Positions 19,622 to 29,472 of a stretch of 64,000 bases of DNA are shown here, piece after piece; within the stretch, counting starts at the first letter, position 1; each line of letters opens with the position of its first letter. Source of the stretch: an uncultured Verrucomicrobiae bacterium (GTDB lineage Bacteria; Verrucomicrobiota; Verrucomicrobiia; Chthoniobacterales; JAFAMB01). The stretch is from positions 384,001 to 448,000 of the forward strand of contig CAVXLD010000001.1 in NCBI GenBank assembly GCA_963762565.1, read 5' to 3'. The notes below the pieces were generated by a model that was not told where the DNA came from, did not search any database, and saw only the letters and a list, made by a program, of their open reading frames with translations. The translations under genes were made by a program, and so were the position numbers.

Positions 19622-19822
19622 ATGAATAGTGAAAAGATCAGTAAAGCCCCGGTCACCGCCGGCGGAGAGGACCAGCCTCTGAAAATCGGGTCTGTGGACG
19701 AGATTACGGCTCTAGGAACTCCTGTTGGGACGTGGGGCGGTTCAAAAGATATTCTCTTAAGAATTCGTAATGGGAAAGCGATCGCAGCAAACGTTGCTGG
19801 CCAGGGTGGAGGACAGAATTAG
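19622..19822 (+). CDS. Small hypothetical protein
   Basis: 66-aa ORF with a GAGGTG RBS-like sequence upstream and a hairpin downstream. Confidence 0.35.
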   Translation: MNSEKISKAPVTAGGEDQPLKIGSVDEITALGTPVGTWGGSKDILLRIRNGKAIAANVAGQGGGQN

Positions 19823-19849
19823 GAGCGCCTTACCTGATTGGGGTCAGTC

Positions 19850-19886
19850 CAAAGGGGTCAGTCAAATTGACCGACCCCTTTGTTTT
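19850..19886. terminator. Intrinsic (possibly bidirectional) terminator
   Basis: CAAAGGGGTCAGTCAA / TTGACCGACCCCTTTG inverted repeat followed by TTTT. Confidence 0.6.
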
Positions 19887-20042
19887 GACTTTCGACTACT
19901 TTGGCACCGGCCAGTTAGTCGTCAGCCCAGCCGAGCAAACAAGGTCGTTTCACCGAAGAGCAGGATTTTTCGATAGCCGCGACCAAGTTTGCCGGCATAG
20001 GCCTACTCAAAAACCGTGATAAAAACAGGCATCGAAAGCTCT

Positions 20043-23009
20043 CTAGAATTTCTTTTCAACCGACACATAAAAGAAGCGCTGGATGTAGTTCGTTTCGGAC
20101 GTGTCATAGCCCTGATACCAATCTGCAGAAAACGGTGGAGCGGTGTCGAAGATATTGTCGATGCCGAAGGTCAAGGTGGTGTTCGCAAGCAGGTTACGAA
20201 TCCCCCAACGAGATCCTTCTGGTCTTGGGGCGATGGCTTTTTCTCCAACGATTCTCTTTCCTTCCTTGTCGTAACCGGGTTTTGGAGTCTCTGGGGTAAT
20301 CTCGGTTGGCTGCCCGAATTGATAGGAGATCTGCCAATCCAGTGTGGTCCAGCTACCGATGATGTGTATGTAGCCGGGAAAATCTAAGGTTTCGTTAGGA
20401 TTTGTGTTGTTCTGGCTATTCACGGCATCCTGTTCGGATCCAACGTAATGAACCGTGACGCCCGTTTTGAATGTATCGATACCGAAGAGGGTCTTGGAAT
20501 AGAAGAGGCTGCCGAGCATCTTCCAATCAGGTCCAACTTGGAAGGTGTCAGTGAAATTGAAGACTCGATAGAAGAGAGCACCGGAAGGTAAAACACCGGC
20601 CGGACTTTGCTGGGAAACGTTGTACAGATAGCTGGCACTGAACTCGAAATCGAGTTTGCCCCAATCGTATTCCTTAGTGACGTAGTTAATGCCAAACTCG
20701 ATCCCGTCATTCCGCCAATCACCCAAGTTCTCATAGGTGTTAACAATTTCGCTAATCTGGCCGTTAGGACTGCGTACTACAGATTGACCCGGGAGGTTTG
20801 CACCGGCCGCCGCCAGGTCAACGACTTCTTGCGGCTGAATCGTTCCGATTACGTTATGTTGATCAATCTGGTACCAATTAAAGTAGGCGGAAAAACCGTT
20901 AGCCCAGCCCCACCAGCTATGTTCGGGGTCGCTCGATCCAGGGTTCCAGACCCCGCCGATATAATAAGTATAGGCTTCTTCCGGTTTAAGCCTCGTGTTA
21001 CCCAAGGTCTCGCTGATCACGGTCACTCCCGATTGTCCGGTTACTGGGTCGTTGACCGCGATCTCACCGGGTAGCGCCGAAGCAAACAACTCGGGTAACG
21101 ACGGCGCCACAAACCCTTCAGAGTAGGTCATTCTGAAGGTAAAATCGTTAAATGGTTTATACCGGAAAGCGAACTTTGGTTTCGCCGCGCTACCGAAATC
21201 ACTGTAATAATCCTGACGTTCGGAAACAGTTACATCGATGCTTCGAAGTCCGGGCCAGGACCAGGGACCGCCAATGATCGGAATATCGAGCTCGCCAAAG
21301 ATGCTCCAGATATAGCGTTTGCCGCTCATTAGCGGGGCCAAGGCATTTTGGAAGTCGGTTACGTTCCCAAACTTGCTGTTCGGGTCTTCGTTCGGCACAT
21401 AACTTTCGCTGCGGTACTCGAGGCCACCGGCCACCGTGAGCGGCCCGGCCGGCAGATCGATCACCGGACCGCCGGCAATGATATGGTACTGAAAAATATC
21501 GGTCCGATTATCGTTCCAAATATTGATGACCAACTGTTTGTCACCATAGAATTCCCGGTTGACTGCCGAGACGGATTGATCCGTAAAGGGATTGAAGAAT
21601 TGACCGACATGGCCCGGGAGCGTGCCATCTAAGGCCGCTTGCATCCCAGTAACGGAGAAATTGTTATAGACAGTTTCGGTAGCGTCGCTCTCACCGTAGA
21701 GGACATTAGTATCGATATACCAGCCGTGAGGAAGCTGCACCGTAGCGCCTACCACTTCCCGAAAGGTCGTGATCGTCGTATCGGTCCGGAAAGGACCGAA
21801 CTCGTTCAGCGCTATTCCGTCGACGGTCAGCGGGATATGGAACGGGTTCCAGGGATTGTAAGCTGGTACCGTGACCCCGCCACTATTTCCAGGTGCGGGC
21901 GCATAAATACCCTCATTCTGATACGAACTGAGCTCTTCATTTCGCTGAACGATGATACTATCGTAAAGCTTCAACCAATTGTTAACATCATAGGTCAGCT
22001 TAACCAGACCACCTAGCCTGTCCTCGCGGGGAGCCAGCTGGTACCAGCTGTCATTATAATCCGGGATCGGGTTTTCGTTGATCAGGAAATCCGACGTGCT
22101 AACCGCCGGCCCCTTGGTTCCCGGTATTACTTGATAAAAGTTTCCGGCCGCGTCGCTAAACTGTCCAGGGTATTGAGGGAAAGCGGTAACGGACGATGGA
22201 TATTTAAAACTATAAAGGCTGTGGTTTAGCTGGGTATTGGCGCGATCAACTTGCATGATCGGGCTGGAGGAATAGTAATCGAAGGCAGTAACAATACTGA
22301 GCTTCGCGGTATCGCTAAATTTCTCAGTGAGTCCACTTACCAAATAGCCGTGGTAGGTCTCGTCATCGCCTCTTTGGCTGATGCCGTAATAATTGAAAAT
22401 GTCCGCCCCTTGATAGTCTGATTTCAAGATCAGATTCACCACACCCGCAATCGCGTCGGTACCATAGGTGGCGCTGCCGCCGTCGTTGAGGATTTCGATG
22501 CGGTCAACCGCTCCCAAGGGAATCGAATTTAAGTCGACGAAACTGGTAATGGCAGCCGTAGAAACCTGGGGCAGCGGGTACTGAGGATAGCGGAGCCCAT
22601 CGACCAGGATCAAGGTGTCGTTGGGAGGAAGTCCTTTAAGACCGATAGACGCTGAACCCGGTGAAAAACTGATTCCGGCAGTTACGGCAGGCAAAAAATT
22701 ACCGACCGCAGCCGGCAGATTTTGCAAAACGTCGGTCACAGTCTGGTAGCCAGTCTTTTGAATGTATTCCTGATCGTAATTGGTCACCGGTTGAGGCCCC
22801 TCGCCGACCCGCGGAATGAGGTAGCCGGTTACAGTGACCGGAGCGAGCTGTTCGCCTTCGCCCGAGGGTGAGGAATTGGCGACAGAACTCGCGTCGGGAC
22901 TAGCCGGTGGGTTGGCCGTTTGAGCTTTTGCGCCACCAGGAAAGGTGAACGTGAACAGGATAAACGCTGAGGTACCAAGCGTGCTAAGTGTCGACTCTAG
23001 TTTTCTCAT
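20043..23009 (-). CDS. TonB-dependent receptor
   Basis: Signal peptide, TonB box VTVTG, plug motif VDLNSIP..VDRIEIL.DGGSATYGTDAIAGVVN, LKPE motif, C-terminal Phe. Confidence 0.92.
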   Translation of the reverse strand: MRKLESTLSTLGTSAFILFTFTFPGGAKAQTANPPASPDASSVANSSPSGEGEQLAPVTVTGYLIPRVGEGPQPVTNYDQEYIQKTGYQTVTDVLQNLPAAVGNFLPAVTAGISFSPGSASIGLKGLPPNDTLILVDGLRYPQYPLPQVSTAAITSFVDLNSIPLGAVDRIEILNDGGSATYGTDAIAGVVNLILKSDYQGADIFNYYGISQRGDDETYHGYLVSGLTEKFSDTAKLSIVTAFDYYSSSPIMQVDRANTQLNHSLYSFKYPSSVTAFPQYPGQFSDAAGNFYQVIPGTKGPAVSTSDFLINENPIPDYNDSWYQLAPREDRLGGLVKLTYDVNNWLKLYDSIIVQRNEELSSYQNEGIYAPAPGNSGGVTVPAYNPWNPFHIPLTVDGIALNEFGPFRTDTTITTFREVVGATVQLPHGWYIDTNVLYGESDATETVYNNFSVTGMQAALDGTLPGHVGQFFNPFTDQSVSAVNREFYGDKQLVINIWNDNRTDIFQYHIIAGGPVIDLPAGPLTVAGGLEYRSESYVPNEDPNSKFGNVTDFQNALAPLMSGKRYIWSIFGELDIPIIGGPWSWPGLRSIDVTVSERQDYYSDFGSAAKPKFAFRYKPFNDFTFRMTYSEGFVAPSLPELFASALPGEIAVNDPVTGQSGVTVISETLGNTRLKPEEAYTYYIGGVWNPGSSDPEHSWWGWANGFSAYFNWYQIDQHNVIGTIQPQEVVDLAAAGANLPGQSVVRSPNGQISEIVNTYENLGDWRNDGIEFGINYVTKEYDWGKLDFEFSASYLYNVSQQSPAGVLPSGALFYRVFNFTDTFQVGPDWKMLGSLFYSKTLFGIDTFKTGVTVHYVGSEQDAVNSQNNTNPNETLDFPGYIHIIGSWTTLDWQISYQFGQPTEITPETPKPGYDKEGKRIVGEKAIAPRPEGSRWGIRNLLANTTLTFGIDNIFDTAPPFSADWYQGYDTSETNYIQRFFYVSVEKKF

Positions 23010-23030
23010 CCTTCCTCCGCGCCAGCACAG

Positions 23031-23138
23031 CTAGAACTTTTTCTCGATCTCCACGTAGAAGTACCGTCCGTACGCATTTGTAACGGAGGCGTCGTACCCA
23101 AACCCCGGGTTCACGACATCAACGGTTCTTTTTTCCAT
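23031..23138 (-). pseudogene. 35-aa mini-ORF corresponding to the C-terminus of a paralogous TonB-dependent receptor
   Basis: MEKRTVDVVNPGFGYDASVTNAYGRYFYVEIEKKF* parallels the downstream receptor's GYDTSETNYIQRFFYVSVEKKF*. Confidence 0.7.
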
Positions 23139-23369
23139 GTCCCGCAAAATAGGTATACAATGCACACCTAAAATGCTAGAAAAATATTGCATTTTTCCAT
23201 AGATTACCGAGCTTCCCAGCAGAAGATTGTCGACGTGTCATCACAGAACCTTAGAAACAGTAGGTATGCTCCGCACACATTCCAACATGATTTGCCAAGG
23301 CCTTACCTATTGACTCGCCCGGTCCAAATTCCCTATAGTCAACAGGAAAACACCTTGGGGAAAGCACCT

Positions 23370-23903
23370 ATGGATTCGCGTATCTATATTGCGGCCCTGG
23401 CGCTCATAGCCGGCGCTCCTGTCATGCTCAGTCAGAGCAATGAGACTCAGAAGAGTCTGACTTCCAGCAGTTGGACCTATGACTCGAAAACCACCCAACT
23501 TAGCGGGGACGCAACCGGCGCACAGCGCCAGGCTGCCCAAGCCGTCCTGAACCTGGAACTAGCCGAATGCAATGCCTGGAACAACCACGACCTTCAGGGT
23601 TGTCTTTCAGTCTATTGGAATAGCCCGAATCTCATCTCCATTTCAAACAATGACGAGACGCATGGCTTCGCTGCTCTTCAGAAGGAATTGCTCGCAGCCT
23701 TTGCCGACCCAAACATCATGGGGTCGATGTCTTTAGACACCCTCAAGATTCAAGTCATCGGTGATGACTGCGCCAACACCATCGCTAGCTACGTCGTTAA
23801 AACTCAGAATTACGTTTACTACTGCGACGACACCGCAACAGTTCGGCGCTTTCCGGAAGGTTGGAAAATCGTCTTTGAGCGCACCACCTTAGTGACACAC
23901 TGA
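23370..23903 (+). CDS. Secreted NTF2/SnoaL-like (DUF4440-type) protein
   Basis: Signal peptide; AWNNHDL..YWNSP..GWKIV pattern. Start placed at ATG 23370. Confidence 0.7.
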   Translation: MDSRIYIAALALIAGAPVMLSQSNETQKSLTSSSWTYDSKTTQLSGDATGAQRQAAQAVLNLELAECNAWNNHDLQGCLSVYWNSPNLISISNNDETHGFAALQKELLAAFADPNIMGSMSLDTLKIQVIGDDCANTIASYVVKTQNYVYYCDDTATVRRFPEGWKIVFERTTLVTH

Positions 23904-23931
23904 AGATCGAGCGGCGATTTACATGGCCCCG

Positions 23932-24186
23932 ATGAAAACACTTACTCTTATCGCTGCAGGCCTCTTGGTGGCAGCGAGTGGCATGGCAGCCTCGACCGTC
24001 CATCTTCTCCGAGGATCGCGCCTGGATCATACGAGCACACTTCATCGAGCAGGCGCGGGTACAACATACCCCGGCCAAAAAAGAAACCCTTCCGGTATCA
24101 CCACGGCCCATGCTTGGACTGCCAAGAGACGGTTAAGACCTGTCAGCTTTGAGCATCCAGGGTCCCACCAGCACTGGATGCTGTGA
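23932..24186 (+). CDS. Small putative secreted protein
   Basis: MKTLTLIAAGLLVAASGMA signal-peptide-like start. Confidence 0.4.
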   Translation: MKTLTLIAAGLLVAASGMAASTVHLLRGSRLDHTSTLHRAGAGTTYPGQKRNPSGITTAHAWTAKRRLRPVSFEHPGSHQHWML

Positions 24187-24354
24187 CTTTGGGGCTGTTT
24201 GATGCAACGCGTCGAAACACCCTAGTCCAATCGCAACAGTAAGGACCGGCACCATGAGTACCCATCGTCTTGCCCGCCGCTTCGTACGGCTCCAAGCCAA
24301 AGTAGCCTGAAGTGCTTCCAAGCTATCCACGTCGTACTTATGCCTGGTTAGCAT
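24133..24354 (-). CDS. Small putative single-pass membrane protein
   Basis: Basic patch followed by a hydrophobic segment (WVLMVPVLTVAIGLGCF). Confidence 0.35.
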   Translation of the reverse strand: MLTRHKYDVDSLEALQATLAWSRTKRRARRWVLMVPVLTVAIGLGCFDALHQTAPKSQHPVLVGPWMLKADRS

Positions 24355-24403
24355 GATGGAAAATTCAACCCGATTCGGGCCAACTGGACAAGACTAAAAT
24401 AAG

Positions 24404-24730
24404 CTAGCCTTTTATTTTCGTTGACACGTCCGATGGCGGCTCGTCTGGCGGAAGAGGCGGCACCAAGCCCGCCTGCTCCGCTTCGGCCCGCCCCACGATT
24501 ACAAAAGGTACACTGACGGTTCCTTTTCTTTCGAATGCGTCTACCAGTGCGCGTAAACACTGCCGCAACCATACCCCAGGTAAGATACCGGTCACTTTGG
24601 CGAGCCGTTCCAATCGTTGTAAATCCACTACGTAATAGCGCACACTGTGTGTTTCGAGCCCGCTTGTAGACTCGTCCTCTCCTGAAAATTTTCGTCGCCT
24701 GGGCATCGGGAATCTTAACGCTGCACGCAT
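24404..24730 (-). CDS. Hypothetical protein, possibly ribbon-helix-helix DNA-binding
   Basis: HSVRY..DLQRLERLAKVTG..WLRQCL strand-helix-helix-like pattern. Confidence 0.4.
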   Translation of the reverse strand: MRAALRFPMPRRRKFSGEDESTSGLETHSVRYYVVDLQRLERLAKVTGILPGVWLRQCLRALVDAFERKGTVSVPFVIVGRAEAEQAGLVPPLPPDEPPSDVSTKIKG

Positions 24731-24871
24731 GACTCCTGCTAAATCAAGCCATAAACGCAGGATCAGCGTTTCTGATCGACCATTCTAGGTGTGCAATGTA
24801 CATCGGATTACAGATACTCGAGCAAGGAACCTCTGGGCGCTGCTCGTGTTTGCGCTCTCTGGCGAGAATAT

Positions 24872-25297
24872 TTATTGATGCAAATCCACCAAGTCCAAGG
24901 TCAACCCGGCGAACTGCTGAAAGCCGTCATCGAATGTCGATAAGGCCAGATCGGCGGAGAGGGCAAAGGCAGCAAGGTAAGCGTCTGTCCAGAACCGGTG
25001 CCGCTGATGTAGCGAATTGGTCAGCTGCCGCCACGTATCCTCGATATCTCTGGGTTCGTCCGAGAAAGCAACCCGATCATCTCGGCAAAGTGAATCATAG
25101 CATTTCCAAGCTTGCTTTTGGCTTAGCACGGACTCTCCCATGATCGTCTGGTTAGTCAGATGCATCAGGAGAGCCATTTGGGTAACGCGACAGAAAAGAG
25201 CGTCATGTTCCCCAACGGTCTGAAACCAAGCCACGCTCACTGGGTGGTGAAGGTGGTCACTAAATACGAGCGCGAACCAAACGTTGGCATCAATCAC
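24872..25297 (-). CDS. vapC: VapC-family PIN-domain toxin
   Basis: IDANVW..H.HH..WF..TDAYLAA..TFD motifs. GTG start at 25297 overlaps the antitoxin stop. Confidence 0.85.
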   Translation of the reverse strand: MIDANVWFALVFSDHLHHPVSVAWFQTVGEHDALFCRVTQMALLMHLTNQTIMGESVLSQKQAWKCYDSLCRDDRVAFSDEPRDIEDTWRQLTNSLHQRHRFWTDAYLAAFALSADLALSTFDDGFQQFAGLTLDLVDLHQ

Positions 25298-25528
25298 CCG
25301 GATCCCAGAGACTGGCATCAAGTTGTTCCCTCGTGGGGTTGATCAACCGTTTACCATCGCCGCGGACGAGCGGCAGCTTGACGCGATAGCTCTTTGGTTT
25401 TGAAGAGCGCTCCGTCAGCGTCCGTTCAAGAGATACATAATAAATTCGCGGAGCTTCATCCCGCGCAGCGCGGCTTCGGCCTTAATTTGCTTAAACAAAG
25501 CGTCAGGCAAATCTACCGTCGTTCTCAT
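25290..25528 (-). pseudogene. vapB: Frameshifted VapB-type antitoxin
   Basis: MRTTVDLPDALFKQIKAEAALRGMKLREFI stops early. The typical C-terminus (RVKLPLVRGDGKRLINPTREQLDASLWD) is in another frame, and the 239-nt span is one base short of 80 codons. Confidence 0.75.
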
Positions 25529-25585
25529 AAAAACATATAAGGATACAAGCAGCTTTCTAGAGCGTATCCAGATCCCACTGCCCGT

Positions 25586-27727
25586 TCAACCTGCCGATAA
25601 ACTAGAACCAACCTCGCGAAACTTGCACGCTTCCTCGAGTGAGATTACACCGGCAGCGGCTTCGCGTACGGCTTTTTCGAACAGCGAAGCTTCACCGCGA
25701 CGTTCCAATATCCGCTGCAAATGCAAGGCGGGGGCGCGTTCTTGAATGGCGATTTTTACTTCATCGTCAACAATAAGGGCCTCGAAGATCGCTTTTCGAC
25801 CACTAACCCCTGTCTTACGGCAGAAATCGCATTTCCGGCCGCGCCGGACCGAGTTCACCCCGGTTAACCATTCGGGTTTGATTCCGAGGCGCACGAGCCG
25901 TTCTTCCGGCGGCAACGGTTCCTCTATAGCACACCGGGGACAAAGTTTTTTAACTAACCGTTGTGAGATGGCTAGCTTCAAGCTGTCGGCAACCATAAAA
26001 GGTTGCGCCCGAAACAAGAATAATCGGTTAGGAACTTCGCAGGCCGAGTTAGTGTGCAGCGTCGAAATCGCTCGATGCCCGGAAGAAGATAACCGCATGA
26101 GGGCCTCGACACTTTCTTCATCCCGGATCTCCCCCATCATCACCACATCAGGCGCCTGACGCAGAATTCCCCGCGCCCACATGGCAAAACTGTAAGGGCC
26201 GTCGTCGTCAACCTGCGTTTGACTGATATTCTCTAGAACCACTTCGATTGGAGATTCTGCGGTAAGGACGTTGTTTTTGACCGCGTCTACGGCACGCAGA
26301 ATACTATAAATAGTGGTCGTTTTGCCGGAACCGGTCGGTCCGCATAGAATTAAGAGTCCATGATCTCCCTCCATCAGATCCTGGATCGCGGCTAGGTAAT
26401 GGGTGGGCATGCCAAGCTCGGCCAAGGTTTTCACGCTCCGTTCGTCACGCTGCAACCGTAAGACGGCTTGCTCCCCTTGCGCCTGATAGGACGTATTGAC
26501 CCGAAAATCGTAACGCTGGTCACCGATCTTTATTGGGAAGGTTCCGTCTTGCGGCAAGCGGACATATTGGATTTCTAGGCCGGAGATCACTTTGATTCGG
26601 GAGATAACTTGCTTGGCGATGTGGCCGGGGAAATCGCCTTCTTGGTCGAACCAGTCTCCATCAACTTTGTATCGAACCCGCAATTGTTGCGGGAATTCTT
26701 GGAACATGATGTCGCTCGATCCTAACTCGACGCCCTTATAGAGGATCGAATGGACGAACTTAATGACGGCCTCCTCATCGTGGCGATAGCGGTGACTGGA
26801 TTGCTGGAGACTATCGGCGTGAATTACTTCTAATCGTTCGTTCTTCCTATCGGCGTGATCTAGCGCGGACATGGTCCGCAGGATTCCCGAGGCACTGATG
26901 GCCATGCTTTCCGACGTGGTAATAAACCTCTCCAGGGCTTCGCCATCAGCCAGGACCTGCTCAACCGTGAACCGGTGGCGCAGAGCGCCCTCAATCTCGG
27001 CTTTAACATTGGGAGGCAATAACTTCTCGACCGCTAACGTCAGACGCCGCCGCGCGCAGTAGACCGGGCAAGCTGAATAGCGTCTTTGCAAGGTTGGACT
27101 GAACCAATGATTCACCTTACCGGAAGGCGAGACTTCATCCAGGTTAATCCAAGGAGTCCCGCCATTGGCGATATCCGTTGCCAGTCTAACATTCGATCCG
27201 TCGAGGTCCATGTTGTCCGTGACCGAATTCAGCACCTGCCTCAATTGATCGGGTTCACACCAGACGGCAGTCAGTTTGGGGACACCCCAAAACACATTTA
27301 AAAACTGAAACTCCGGCTGTTTCAGTAAGGTATCCAGGCCCGGAATCGAAGTAACGATCGTCACCTGATTCGGCGTTCGAGCAACTGGAAGCAGTGGAAC
27401 CGCCAAGGCTGGCATTCTGATTCCGTTTGGAGAGAACCGTAACAACGTGGGGTCGAACGGCGTCAACGCACTATCACGAATCAATTTCGATAGAACCGAG
27501 CCCAGCTCCAGGTCGAAGTCTTTGCAATATCGTTCCACAAGTGAATCCGCCTGCCAAATCACCATCGGATTGGCAGCATCGAAGGATTCGATGTGCTCCA
27601 ACAGAAAACGAAGCTCGCCTTCACGAACCCCTAGAAGTCGAGCTACATGAAAATGGAGCAGGTGATCTATAGTTTGAAGCGGCTCAGATTGTCGCCATCC
27701 GTTAGTCCCTGCTACTATAGAGCTCAT
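25586..27727 (-). CDS. GspE/PilB-family assembly ATPase
   Basis: RLPQDG, Walker A GPTGSGKTTT, DVVMMGEIRD, GH..STLH, tetracysteine CPRC/CDFC. Confidence 0.93.
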   Translation of the reverse strand: MSSIVAGTNGWRQSEPLQTIDHLLHFHVARLLGVREGELRFLLEHIESFDAANPMVIWQADSLVERYCKDFDLELGSVLSKLIRDSALTPFDPTLLRFSPNGIRMPALAVPLLPVARTPNQVTIVTSIPGLDTLLKQPEFQFLNVFWGVPKLTAVWCEPDQLRQVLNSVTDNMDLDGSNVRLATDIANGGTPWINLDEVSPSGKVNHWFSPTLQRRYSACPVYCARRRLTLAVEKLLPPNVKAEIEGALRHRFTVEQVLADGEALERFITTSESMAISASGILRTMSALDHADRKNERLEVIHADSLQQSSHRYRHDEEAVIKFVHSILYKGVELGSSDIMFQEFPQQLRVRYKVDGDWFDQEGDFPGHIAKQVISRIKVISGLEIQYVRLPQDGTFPIKIGDQRYDFRVNTSYQAQGEQAVLRLQRDERSVKTLAELGMPTHYLAAIQDLMEGDHGLLILCGPTGSGKTTTIYSILRAVDAVKNNVLTAESPIEVVLENISQTQVDDDGPYSFAMWARGILRQAPDVVMMGEIRDEESVEALMRLSSSGHRAISTLHTNSACEVPNRLFLFRAQPFMVADSLKLAISQRLVKKLCPRCAIEEPLPPEERLVRLGIKPEWLTGVNSVRRGRKCDFCRKTGVSGRKAIFEALIVDDEVKIAIQERAPALHLQRILERRGEASLFEKAVREAAAGVISLEEACKFREVGSSLSAG

Positions 27728-27732
27728 TCTAT

Positions 27733-29445
27733 TTAGATATTGCCGAACACGTCACTACCCCAGTCTGCCACGACCGTCTGTAAGTTCGCTGGAGTGATAA
27801 TTGAGGCAGCCGGTGAATCGTCGCCAAGGTTGAAATCGCCGGCAATAATGATCGGATGCGGGCTCACAATCGAAAGAGAACGAGTTAGTGCTTGCGCCCC
27901 TCTGATTAAGATGACTGCGTTCGGCAACGGATTACCGGCTGGATCCTGAACCACTAGAAAAACGGACCCAAGCTGAGTGACGCCTAAACGCGCATAATCC
28001 AAAGCCAAAATAGTTTGAGAGGGATTCTGGCTATTCGGGGCAGCAGCGAACGGAACGGTTTGCTGGGCGGCAGTCGATTGGCTCTCTGAAGGCGCTTTAT
28101 TCGCCATTGGATAGGCTAGGTGTGCGCCGCCAACATTACCTACCACTGTTACCAAGCATCCCTTCTTCCCATTGGGAGCAGTGATGGGAATATCCGGTCG
28201 CGCCACTACCAACACCTCGCATTGGGTCTTCAGCAGCGACAGGTTGAGTCCATTCGAAGTGGCCGAGCCACGGTTACCAGCTCCATAGACACTGTTTAGG
28301 GCGGCAGAATCAACCGGGAGAACGTTACTGGTAACGACCCTGGAATCCAGCGAGGTTCTGGCATCAGGCAGGAAGTTCGCGTCTTGTGTGTCCGTGGAGA
28401 GCTTAACCGATGGGCCATTATCGGATGGATCCTTGATCTGAAGCGAGCCCCCGGCAAAATCGACGTTTTGACCGGCAATGACGGCAAAATCGGAAGAGAA
28501 ATTTCCGGTTATGGAAAGGTTGGATTCAGTGAAGACCCTTCCGATATCCTGACTAAAAACCGCATTTCCGAGAGTAACCGGGTCACCAGCAGAGAAAACG
28601 GTGAACTGCGACACCGGAATTTCTCGAACCGCTATCTGTGGACGATCGTTAACCGTGAGGTTTGGCAGTCTTACACTTGGGACAGTGGATAGCGCCGTGA
28701 TATCCACGTCGATCAGGGTGACCCGGGCATGCGCTTGGCCAAACAAATCTTGGCTGGCGAGCGCAGGCAGTTGCACGACCTCCGTAGAATTAGCGAATGG
28801 TTGGACTTGCAGGACCTCGCTCCCATCGCCGTCCGTTTTGGAACTCAGGCTTAGCGAAATACCGGAGAGAGTCTCCGAGCGATTTAGGCCGGCCAACTTG
28901 ACTTCACCGGTTGCAATTAGCTCGCTTCGGATCGCTGACTCCAGGCTCAAAAGGGCCTGCTCGGTCGAAATACGCAATCCATCTTGATTAAGGTTACGGG
29001 CGGTGCGAGCCCGTTCGTTGTCCACGAAGGTGAGATAAGATGCGCCGATTAGCCCGGCGATCACCACAAGCACCAAAACGTAGACTAGTACCGAACCCGA
29101 TGCGCCGTGCTCTTCGGGTTCAATTCTAGAAAGAGATCTGTTGATCGACAGAAGCTGTTCTTGACCACGAAGTGGTCCGACAGAACAGCCCAGCGCTTTA
29201 GCCCTGGGTAACCGCCCGTGACATGCCTCGCCCTGAAAGGGCGGCCGAACGGGCCTTACGCGTTGGCGTCGTGATTTGTTGCTCTCGGCAAGCCAACTTG
29301 CCAAAGGCCGTGCACCGTAGTCATCGCGATATATTGGATCTAAAGAGCACGTCGATCGGCCGCCCCTGCAGGGCGTTTTATTGACGGATGCTTTCCCAGG
29401 GCTAAAGCCCTGCTGTTCTATAAAGCCATTCCATGGCCGCCACAC
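27733..29445 (-). CDS. PilX/GspK-like minor pilin with a REPIN-expanded leader
   Basis: G|SVLVYVLVLVVIAG class III-like helix lacking Glu5, starting at 29094. True start uncertain: GTG 29445, or ATG 29476 with a 2-nt deletion. Confidence 0.7.
   Translation of the reverse strand: MWRPWNGFIEQQGFSPGKASVNKTPCRGGRSTCSLDPIYRDDYGARPLASWLAESNKSRRQRVRPVRPPFQGEACHGRLPRAKALGCSVGPLRGQEQLLSINRSLSRIEPEEHGASGSVLVYVLVLVVIAGLIGASYLTFVDNERARTARNLNQDGLRISTEQALLSLESAIRSELIATGEVKLAGLNRSETLSGISLSLSSKTDGDGSEVLQVQPFANSTEVVQLPALASQDLFGQAHARVTLIDVDITALSTVPSVRLPNLTVNDRPQIAVREIPVSQFTVFSAGDPVTLGNAVFSQDIGRVFTESNLSITGNFSSDFAVIAGQNVDFAGGSLQIKDPSDNGPSVKLSTDTQDANFLPDARTSLDSRVVTSNVLPVDSAALNSVYGAGNRGSATSNGLNLSLLKTQCEVLVVARPDIPITAPNGKKGCLVTVVGNVGGAHLAYPMANKAPSESQSTAAQQTVPFAAAPNSQNPSQTILALDYARLGVTQLGSVFLVVQDPAGNPLPNAVILIRGAQALTRSLSIVSPHPIIIAGDFNLGDDSPAASIITPANLQTVVADWGSDVFGNI
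29164..29436. repeat. REP doublet (GCCCTGAAAGGGC / CCCAGGGCTAAAGCC family)
   Basis: 29182-29208 pairs with 29395-29419, and 29229-29248 pairs with 29356-29375. Confidence 0.8.
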
Positions 29446-29472
29446 CGTAAATTTGGAATAAGGTAGCCTGAC

